Source of the DNA: Cycas panzhihuaensis
Lineage: Eukaryota > Plantae > Cycadophyta
Direction: 5' to 3'
Assembly (NCBI GenBank): GCA_023213395.1
Contig: CM041465.1
Span: 228,911,741 to 228,975,740 of the forward strand
Length of the DNA: 64,000 nt
Made by a program: the position numbers and the translations under genes
In this document: piece by piece, positions 13,329 to 23,675 of the stretch
Layout: every line of letters begins with the position of its first letter
How positions within the stretch are numbered: the first letter of the stretch is position 1
The notes under the pieces: model-generated
What the model was told of the DNA's origin: nothing
The model's input: only the letters and a program-made list of their open reading frames with translations
Databases searched by the model: none

Positions 13329-13735
13329 ACGAGTAGATAACATTGCTTAGCAACTACCCGTTCCCAGCCTTAAAGACGTTGTTCTGGGGGTCTATAATAA
13401 TTGCATTGGATCTGTCGTTCTTGGCTAAGCACGTTGGGAGTTTGGAACCAACGTTTGAAATGAGGGGATCTGAAAGGACCCAATACCCAAGCCTTGGACA
13501 GAACTTGCTCACGGATTTGAGCCTTCACGTACTGAAAGGTATATAAGAGAACCCTATAGGATCTTAAGCCCATCCTAGATTAGGGAGCTCGACTAACCAC
13601 CAAAGCCTCGTAGTGCAGTGGTCAACGGTTAGCGCCACGAAGTTACCTGCCTCAAATCTTCGTTGGAGTTTTATTGACAAGCCTACGAGTCTAGGTAATC
13701 CTGTGTCTAGACTTGATAGAATTACTCACCTCCTC
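13329..13735 (+). promoter_or_regulatory. Conserved ~400-nt leader module (candidate structured RNA) directly upstream of the Copia-2 gag ATG
   Basis: Collinear homology with 22311-22705 (-) and 62608-63050 (+); internal complementarities described in findings. Confidence 0.75.
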
Positions 13736-16700
13736 ATGGCTTCCTTTCTTTGACTTTCCGAGTCCGAAAAACTCACCCGTGACAACTATGAATCATGGAA
13801 GACCAAGATGAGATCTATACTAATGGCTCAGGGTGCTTGGGACCTGACAGAGAGCATCAAACCTGAACCTGTGGACGCTACTGAAAAGAAGGTGCACGTG
13901 GAACAAAAAGGTCTTGCACTTGCCTCCATAATTCTGTCAGTTGTAGACTCCATCCTACCTCACATAGTCGGCGCCACCACTCTGCACGAGGCCTAGACCA
14001 CATTGAAGACATTGTATGCCCAGAAAAACATTGCTTGTGTCATGGCTCTCAAAAACCAAATGGCTAACGTAAGGATGTCTGAATCATAAGACTTCACCTC
14101 CTTTCTTGGACGATTCAAGATACTTCATGAGAACCTAGTGTCAATTGGAGTGAATTATTCAGATGGTGACCTCATTGATCTTATTATACACAAACTTCCT
14201 GTCCGATTCCAGAACTTTGTCACATCTTACAAGTTGACGGCAGAAATTGCGTAGCCCTCCTTCACTACCGTTTGTGGTCAACTTATACCATGACCAGACT
14301 GAAACCAACCTCGAAAACGAATTAGAGAATGCATTCTCATCCAGAGTGAGTATTTGAGGCAGGGGAACCACCAACAGAGGAAATGTTCGTGGATCAGACC
14401 GAGGGCTTTCCCAAATCATTTGCTATTATTATGGGAAAGCTGGTCATTACACCACCGACTGCCGGCACTGCAAAGCTGATATAGAAAGGGGGATTACAGC
14501 TTTAGGTAGCGACTCAGGACAACCCGACAAAAAGGAGTCAACTGAAGAAGAGGAAGAAGAGACCGCGTTCGTAACAACTTTTTCCTCAGCAGTAATGAAC
14601 AAAAGTCATGATGATTGGTTTATAGACTCTGGAGCTTTTAAAGACATGATCCACAAACAAAATTGGTTTAGCAGCATAAGTCCTCAAAATTGTAGTTTAG
14701 TCGAACTTGGGGATGACAACACTCATCCAATACAAGGACATGGAACAGTTCCTATGACTATGCCAAATGGAAACATTGAAAAAGTTGGTCGTGTGCTCTA
14801 TGTACCAGGGATGACAAAAAACCTATTATCTGTATCTCAGCTGATTGACAACAAGCTCTAAGTTCTATTTGATGGTGATGGATGTGTCATTTTTGATAAA
14901 TACAAAGGAAACAAAGTAATTGGTGAGGGCGTCAAAACCAATGGACTTTACAAATTTCTTTCCACACCAATTCACTTTGCCCTTCATGTAACTAAGAATG
15001 TTGATAATGGAAAACTTTGGCATTTGCGCTATGGTCATTTGTCTTATGATGCTTTATCCTTATTAAGCAAACATGATATGGTGCATGGTTTTCTGTGGAT
15101 AAAAAAATCTAACTCTATTTGTAACACATGCATGATGGGTAAACAACATAAACTACAATTTTCTGCCAGCATTGCCAGAGCACATTACAAATTGCAGCTA
15201 ATTCATAGTGATCTTTGTGGTCCATTCACTCCCCCATCTGTGCAATGGGCACGTGGATAAAAAAATCTAACTCTATTTGTAACACATGCATGATGGGTAA
15301 ACAACATAAACTACAATTTTCTGCCAGCATTGCCAGAGCACATTGCAAATTGCAGCTAATTCATAGTGATCTTTGTGGTCCATTCACTCCCCCATCTGTG
15401 CAATGGGCATGTTATTATTTGATCTTCATAGATGATTGCACCGGAAAGATTTGGATCTATTTTCTCAAACTAAAATCTGATGTATTTGACACCTTTCTTA
15501 ACTTCAAAGCCAAAGTTGAAAAGGAAAGTGAATGCAACATCAAATGCTAGAGGATTGACAATGATGGAGAATTTGCATCCAATGAATTTGCACAATACTG
15601 TAAGAAAAATGGTATACAAAGGCAATTTACAACCCCCTACACTCTGCAATCCAATGGAGTGGTTGAGAGGAAAAATAGGACCATAACAAAGATGACTTGT
15701 TCCCTGTTGAAACAAGAAGGGGTAAGCAACAAATATTGGGATGAAGCAGCCAATACAGTTGCATACCTTCTCAATAGAAGTCCAATTAAAGCACTAGAGA
15801 ACATAACTCCTGAAGAAGTGTGGTCAGGATAGAAACCAGATGTCTCACACCTTCGAGTCTTTGGATCAACTGTCTACATGCACATTCCTGCTAAAAAGAG
15901 AAGGAAATTAGATGATAAAAGCAGGAGATGTATTCTTGTGGGATATATTCAGGTATCCAAAGCATATCAATGTCTAGATCCCCTAACCAACAAGATCTAT
16001 CCCAGTAGGGATGTGCACTTTGACGAATCACCTGATGAAGGCCAAGTTGATGGGACAACTGCCCCTACTCAATTAGATGACATTATCATACCGAGTTGGA
16101 TTCAATCTTGCTTTGAGGTACATCAAGGTGAACAACAAGGAACAGAAAATACACCTCCACCAGCCATCACTACAAGTGTCTCTGATGAAGATATAAATCT
16201 AGAATCCCTTTCATTTGAATAAAACGAGGTTGTCAACAACTCGATTCAATCTCAAAACTCCTCACACAAGAAAGTGTCAAAATGGTACCTAAAAATAGTG
16301 GAGGAATCCAAAGTAAATCCAGATCTCATTCAAGAAGGGAAAAGAACCAAAAGTCAAACACATCATGGGCTCTCTGCTCAACATGATATGTCATATCAGC
16401 AAGCCCAAAATGATCCTCATTGGAAAGAAGCAATGAATGAAGAAATGGAATCAATCTACAGTAATAGAACCTGGGATCTCACTGCTCCTCCTCAAGGAAA
16501 ACCCATCATTGGATGCAGATGGTTGTATAAAATCAAAGAGAAATCTGATGGCTCAATTGAGAAATACAAGGCCCGACTTGTTGCAAAGGGCTACTCTCAG
16601 ACTTAAGGAATAGATTATGAAGAAACATCTGCTCTTGTCAGTAAAATGACAACTCTTAGGACAGTGATTGCCTCAGCTACACAAAATAATTGGCCAGTGT

Positions 16701-17914
16701 GTCAAATGGATGTCAAAGGAGCCTTTCTCAATGGAGACCTTCATGAGGAAGTATACATGGAACAACCACTAGGATATGTCGCACAAGGACAGGAGCATCT
16801 ATTCTGCAAATTGAATAAAGCTCTTTATGGACTAAATCAGGCTCCTAGGGCATGGTATGCAAAGATGGACTCCTACCTGCAAAGCCTTGGAATGAAGCGA
16901 TCAGAAGTTGACTTTGGTCATTACATTCACATTGACAAGAATGACAAGGTCACCATTCTTATACTGTATGTAGATGATCTGATATTCATCGGGAGTAACA
17001 CCAACTAGATCAACTCGTTATGACTTCAATTGTCCAAAACCTTCAAAATGACAGACCTGGGAGAAATCCGCTACTGTCTGGGAATAGAAATTCATAAGCT
17101 GAAGCATGAAATTTTCATACATCAAAGTAAGTATGCAACACATATATTGAAAGACTTCAGTATGACGGACTGCAAACCATCTTTCACACATGTGCTCTGG
17201 AACCAAATTTACTGTTGATCCAGATGGGGAACCAGTAAATGAAACTCATTATAGGAAACTAGTCGAAAATCTCATATATCTCACTTCAACCAGACCAGAC
17301 ATTGCATTCGCAGTAGGACTAATCTCAAGGTACATGTTTGCCCCGAAGGTATCACATTGGAAAGCAGCCAAGCATATTCTTCGTTACCTGCAAGGAACAA
17401 AGACATATTGTATTTACTACGATGTCGGGGATCAAATCGGTTAATCGATTACCTGACTCGGTGGGCAAGAGACATTGATAGTAAAAAATCCACCTCACGG
17501 ATCTTGTTTCGACACAGGAAGCGATGTTGTATCTTGGAGAACTAAGAAACAGTCCAATGTATCATTATCTACATCTGAAGCAGAATACCAAGCAGCAGTT
17601 CAATCCTCCTATGAGGCCATCTGGCTAAGACATCTTTTGGATGAACTACGGTTTTCTCAAAATGCTGCAACCATAATCAACTTTGACAATCAAAGCGCCA
17701 TTCAAATGACGAAGAACCCGATTTTTCATGCCTGAACGAAACATATTGAAGTTCATTATCACTTGATCCGAGAGAAAGTAGATAGAGGGGAAGTCAAATT
17801 TTCCTATTGTCCAAGTTCAGAACAATTAGCTGACATCTTCACAAAACTTCTTCCTAAGGAGAAATTCCTATACCTCAAAGATAAGATCGGTATGAAGGAA
17901 AAGGATATGATATT
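13736..17914 (+). pseudogene. Copia-2 gag-pol, fragmented
   Basis: gag (13808-13996 etc.), protease DDWFIDSG (14595), GAG-pre/integrase (15024-16222), RT (QMDVKGAFLNG, YVDD; 16274-17218), RNase H (SLSTSEAEY; 17475-17735). Confidence 0.95.
15095..15410 (+). repeat. 158-bp tandem duplication inside Copia-2 integrase
   Basis: 15095-15252 and 15253-15410 differ at about 2 positions; the same peptide appears in ORFs 15024 and 15215. Confidence 0.95.
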
Positions 17915-17923
17915 AAGAGGGGA

Positions 17924-18163
17924 TGTTATAATATAGTGTTTAATCCTTTGTATATTAATGTATTATATGTAACAGTCACCTTGTCATAGTTAATGTTAAG
18001 TGATGTAAACATAAATGTAACATTCTATGTTAGTCAGGCTGAAACCCTAATGGGTCATTAGACAATTCATGTATAAATATGTAATCTATCTCTCATAATG
18101 TTCAAAAGAGTTCATTATTTTTTTTCATCAAGCTCTGATGCTTCTAGCCTTCCTAATCTAACA
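17924..18163 (+). repeat. 3' LTR of Copia-2
   Basis: Direct repeat of 12375-12614, preceded by the PPT. Confidence 0.97.
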
Positions 18164-20778
18164 CGTTTAATACACTATTTCTTTAATTGACGTTAAAAAG
18201 ACATATTACTTACAAAGAATACGTCATACTTATCTCAGTGAAGTGATATACAAAGTGTTAAAACATTGTTAACAAGACTTATCGTCGTGATCAGTAATCA
18301 AGTGGAAGAGAACTCTGAATATCTATAAACATGGACCCCAAAACAACCTTGTTGCCGCAAGTGATCTTTGACAACACCAGTTTTGAGGAGTGGAAGTCCA
18401 ACATAGAACTTGTGCTAATGGTCCAGGAGCCTTGGGACTTAACTTGCGAGGCTCCACCCAAGAAAAAGGAAGGGGGACCTAGTGTTGTGCCAGATAAACT
18501 CAAACGGAGAAAGCAACTTCATGCCACTGGTCTACTAAAGCTCTCACTTGCCCCAGATCAAAGAGCACTCATCCACAAATTGAATATGCCACACGACATT
18601 TGGCAAACCCTTTGTGACACATTTGAACAAAAGAAGACAAACCATTTGGTCGTCTTATTGGGTGAACTGTTCAATTCTTGCATTTAGGATGAGAGCAACA
18701 TCAACACCTACTTGAATAAGTTGACTGATATTAGGAATAAGTTGGAGGGAATAGAAGAAGACTTGATTAGCGATAAAATCCTATTCACAATCGTGATGAC
18801 CAAGTTGCCAATAGCTTACAGTACCTTTCAGACTGTATATAATGTTGACTAGATGTTGCAAGTTACCTCGTTTTAGAAGCTGAAAGAGCTACTTCTTGTA
18901 GAGGAAGCTAAGCTCAAACATCACGAGTTTGTGGGTTTGACTGGTACTAGTCATGCCCTATCCTAAAAAATTCAGAAGAATGAGGATGAAGATAGGGATA
19001 AACGTTCACATGAAGAGGTCACCAATAAAGGGAAGAAGAAATATAATGGTTCATGTACCTACTGCAAAAAGATGGGCCATAGAGAAAAGGACCGTTGGAT
19101 AAGGAAAAAGAACTTAAGGCAGACCAATGGAAAGGAGAAAATTGCAGCATATTGTGTGCGAGTATCAACTAACTTGAGCACAGAACAACATATCTCTCCC
19201 TAAAAGCAGAGTTTTGATGTGTTGAACCAAGATCTTGGCCAGACGAATGTCATACTCGATAATGTTGATGTGGTACCAGTCAAAAATGTTGAAACAATCA
19301 CAGTAAAAGGTGGTTGTCTCAAGAAGATGCGGTATATGCCTAAAATAAATCAAAATCTTGGTTGTACTTAGGATACTTGGGTATACTCTCCCAAAGATAA
19401 GTCAGAAGTAAAAGTGACAGATGAAAAAATATGTGAAAATCAAATAGATTTCTTAAGGAGTAATCGTGGAAAAGCTAACGACAATCACATTTCTAAGTTC
19501 TGTTCTAATCATGGTATTGAGTTGATCCCACATGATGGTGTTGCCACACAGAGAGTTGATACCTTGATCGACATGGCGTTGTGTAAGGTGCAAACACAAC
19601 ATATCCTATTCAACTTTGGGATAGAAACTATGAGAACTGTTGTTCACATTGTGAACTGGATTCCAACCTCTATAGTTCAAAGTGTGATGCCACAAGAAAG
19701 ATGGACCAGTCGGAAGCCTTCCATTGAAAAAATCTTAGGGCACAATGAAAATGCACTAATCTCTGACAGACAAATGAAGGAATCTAATCATAGTCGCAAA
19801 AGCGGTTTTGTGGGATACTATGGAAATAATCATAGACTACGGGATTCGATGATGCAAAAGATTCTTTATTGTCAGGATATAAAAATCAATGAAGCATCGG
19901 CACACTAGTTTAGTAAGCCTCTGCTAACAGATGTTTGCTACATCTCCCAATCTTTCAAAGGTCGAGCTCTAAGAGGAAGATGAAGAAAAAGGTAATAAAA
20001 AACACCAGTTATTCGTTGAGGAGATGACAACCTCCTCTAAGCCATTGTTAACCATAACTGAGGATGTAATAGAAAGGCTGATTGAAATTCGAACTACTAG
20101 TCGACTTCAAATGACAAAAGGCATTCAGTCCCACGTTCCTAATTCATTATCAAAAATGAATCCTTCCTAGAAAGTAGCTATGGAAGAGAAAAAGATTATT
20201 TACATGGAAATGTCCCTTCTATATGAATTGACCCTGAGACGACAATTGCCCCCGTTGATAAGAAGCCAAGGAATAGGTCAAATATAGTAGTTACACTCAG
20301 TGGAGAGTCATATCAAAATAATATTCAGTCTACGTTTCTTAACCTAGACTTGGGGAGATTATATCAAGCACAAACCTTTGAGGTCGTTAAGAAAGGACAA
20401 GATAAACAATTATGCCAGTTGAATTGCGCTAATGGTACATACCCTGTGTTCAATTTGGACTCGTCTTCGATTGATGGAATATTACAACCTATAGAAGAAG
20501 CTCTTAGTTTGGGGAAGAGTACCTGAAAGATCAAGTATCAACTTCAAAAGCGAGATACCAGTTGATTGTTCAAGAAGTGTTTGATGAAAGCAATCTTCAA
20601 GTGGAATCTTCTTCGACCATTAACCTGGTTGCGAATCAATTCACAGAGTTGTTGGATAAACATCACCAGTCAACACTCAGCAAGATCATCCTTGAGGGGG
20701 GATCAATCTACAAGGACAGATCTCCTAACTAATGGAGCAATTATTTTTGCTTCATCCCCTATTCGCATCAAGGGGGTA

Positions 20779-21157
20779 TGTTAGCGATAGTTAACTTAGG
20801 TTAACTATAATTTAATGCTTCATTAGGGTTAATTAATGTGTGCAGGTGTGACAGAAGGATGTGTCCATTGGCGAAAAGACATAATGAAGAGGCATGACCA
20901 TACATGGTACCATTTCGGGGTATATTTATTCATACCCCCTTGGTATGCCAATCATCAACTCAAGATCAATGTGATCTCATCGTCTTCTTGTACTCCATCT
21001 CACCTCTCAAACACTTTGTATTGTTTTATATTTAATATATCAAACCTTGTGTTGGTTGGTTTTCTCTCTAGGGAGTTTGCCACGATAAATTTGGTGTTCG
21101 AGTCCCCTTGTGCATGATCCTGGCGTGTAGTAGTCTTTGCCTCTGGTTGGCTTAACA
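20779..21157 (+). repeat. 3' LTR of Copia-3 (379 bp)
   Basis: Follows the PPT, has TG...CA ends, and switches abruptly to Copia-4 protease sequence at 21158. Confidence 0.75.
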
Positions 21158-23675
21158 ATCAACCTGCAACCTACATATATACACACTCTCATAAACTAGA
21201 ACAATTCTACATCCTTGTATTGCATGAGTGGTATCGTCCCCGAGCTTGATTGATCCTGCACCTTGAAGAGGAGTTATGTTGCTGAACTAGGTTTGTTTGT
21301 GAGTCATGCTTGGAGGCTCCTGAGTCTATGAACCAATCATCTTTCCTCTAGTTGTGTATGGTTGAGGAGAGTGTGGTGACAAATGCTATCTATTCTTCTT
21401 TAGTTTTTGTGGACTCATCCTTCTTGGATTTATCGAAGTAGCTCCCTGATGCTATAATGCCCCTTTCCAGATCTGCCTTACGATGATGACAATCAGCGGT
21501 ATAATGACCTGTCTTTCCACAGTAAAAACAAATGATTTGATGGCGGAACCATCCTCCAGAATATTGTTGTGTATTTGGGTATGGAAAAGATCATCCCCTT
21601 CCAAGATTGTAGCTGGTTGGGCGTCTTCTCCCGTGATCAGTACCACGAAGGTTACCTCTGGTAGGTTTGTCCATGCCCCAAATACTAATTCTGGATGAAA
21701 AGGCTTTTTCTAGCTGATTTTCCAAGTTGGTTTCAGTTTTCTCATGATGAAAGAGTTGTCCACATATGGTAGCAAAAGAAGGTTGAGTTATTTCGGTTGT
21801 CATCTTGTAGGAGGTGACAAAATTTTTGAATTAGGCAAGGAGCTTACGTATTATGAGGTCAATAAGATCACCATTAGAGTAGGTGACCCCAACAGACAAC
21901 GGGTTCTGATGTAGCAACTTAAAGCGAGCAAGGAATGAAGTGAAGTCCTCAAACTCTAACATATTTAGTAGGGCCATTTGGTTTTTCAAGGCCATGATGT
22001 GAGTAGTATTTTTCTAAGCATATAAGGTCTTCAAAGTGGTCCATGCCTCATGAGGGGTAACAACACTAGTTATGTGAGGCAAAATGGTATCTGCAATACA
22101 TAAAGTAATGGAGGCAAGGGCAAGGCCTCTTTGTTCAAAGTTTGTCTTCCTTTCGTGGCATTGACAGGTTCTGGCTTGATATTCTTTGTCTAGTCCCATG
22201 CTCTTTGAGCCACACGAATGGATCTCATCTTAGTCTTCTAAGACTCATAATTGTCTTCGATAAGTTTCTCGGAATTAACAAGGCGGAGAAAGGAGGCCAT
22301 GATAGGCTGAATGAACTCTACCAAGTCTAGACATGGGATTGCCTAGACTTGTAGGCTTGTCAATAAGCCTCCAAGAAGGTTCATGATAGGTAAGTTTGTG
22401 GCACTAACCACTAACCACATCACTACGAGGCTTTAGAGGTCAGTCAAACTCCCTATTGTAGGATGGGCTCAAGGTCCTATAAGGTCCTTCGATATACCTT
22501 CTGGTATGTGGAGGCTTGAATCTGTAAGCGAGCTATGTTTGAGGCCTGGGTATTGGGTCCTTTTGTGTCCCTCACTTCACACGTTGGTGTAAAATGCAAT
22601 TGTGCTTAGCCAATAATGACAGATGTAGCACGATTTTTATAGACCCCCGGAATAGGGTCTTTATGGTTGGGAACGGGTAGCTGCCAAGCAGAGTTATTTA
22701 CTCGTGCTATAGAGGGTGAACGAGGAGCGGCAACAGAGAGATGTGTAATATATTTTATTGTTTTTAAAGAAACATTAGACAAGAAAATGAGCTAGTAAAA
22801 TACTGTAAAATAGATATACTACAGAAAGATCAAACATTAGGGTGCTTCACTGATGAAATAGAATTTTTGCAATATAGACGTCTTTACGGACTACTGTATG
22901 GATTGATAAGGAGGGCAAAAAAATCAACTTCTTCGAAAAAGCTTGAATCCAGACTCAAATGAAAGGTTTTTTAGAGGGGAACTCAGATTTGGCTTCGGAT
23001 TTTTTATCAAGCCTTTTGTTGATGAGAAAAACACAGTCAAAGTTGAGAGTGGTGGCTAGGGCTTTTTTCTCTTTTTTGCTCATTTCTCTTCACACGTGAA
23101 GCGAATAGGACCATACCATACATCAAACGAAAGCTCTCTTCAAGAGCTTTCAATCGATACCATATTTGACTACTAACTCAGTTCGTATGGAGAGAAATCT
23201 CAAAAAAAAAGTGTCCACGTGGGCAACTACCATTTTTTCTCAAATTTAGCCCAGATGAGTGAGAATCTACTTAAGGTGCTTTGGAGAAAGATGATTAGCT
23301 TTGTGAGGCACACTTGCTCACTAAATTTTAGACAAATTCGTGTAGGTTGACTTAGGTCCGTACAATTGTACGATCAGTCCATACAACAGTATGACGAGCT
23401 CACTAATCGAGACTGGAATGTAGGAAAAAAAAAGCTTTGATACCATGTCAAAGCAACTATAGATAGACGAGAATCAGAAATGACTGAAATGGAGCTTGTG
23501 TGTATTGAGAGGTATTGTACATATTTATACAAGAAGCCTCTAACAACATGTTAGGGTTAGAGGCATGACTAACATAATAAGTTACAACTATGTTAGATTA
23601 TTGACACTAAATGTTACAGTTAATTCATTAACATAGAATACTAATATACAGAGGATAAGACATTATATTCTAACA
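21158..23675 (-). mobile_element. 5' half of Copia element 'Copia-4', a relative of Copia-2
   Basis: LTR 23446-23675 is similar to the Copia-2 LTR. PBS at 23434-23445; leader module 22311-22705; gag from ATG 22300 (GLALASITLCIADTILPHI vs Copia-2 GLALASIILSVVDSILPHI); protease DDWFIDSG ~21320-21343, cut at 21158. Confidence 0.9.
22311..22705 (-). promoter_or_regulatory. Conserved leader module, Copia-4 copy
   Basis: Reverse complement aligns along the whole of 13329-13735. Confidence 0.75.

Larger units (their letters stand above)
12375..18163 (+). mobile_element. Structurally complete Ty1/Copia element 'Copia-2'
   Basis: 240-bp LTRs at 12375-12614 and 17924-18163 (TGTTA...TAACA; about 19 differences). 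TSD TGTTT (12370-12374) / CGTTT (18164-18168). PBS TGGTATTAGAGCC at 12615-12627; PPT AAGAGGGGA at 17915-17923. Confidence 0.97.
11466..21157 (+). mobile_element. Copia-derived non-autonomous element 'Copia-3' (leader interrupted by Copia-2; 5' LTR not in window)
   Basis: Copia gag 18331-~19100 with knuckle CTYCKKMGHREKDR; diverged integrase 19414-19908; short RT and RNase H vestiges ~20370-20700; PPT AAGGGGG at 20770-20776; LTR-like 20779-21157 (TGTTAG...CTTAACA). The left boundary is inferred. Confidence 0.7.

Noticed and set aside
13530-13560. AAGGTATATA as a group I intron S element or a TATA box
   Set aside because: No P/Q/R elements or splice-site pairing were found. A TATA role cannot be excluded but would not explain 400 nt of collinear conservation.
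22845-22870. CTGATGA as a hammerhead ribozyme core (retrozyme)
   Set aside because: No flanking stems or correctly placed GAAA/NUH; the other CTGATGA hits (16032, 16182) are within coding sequence.
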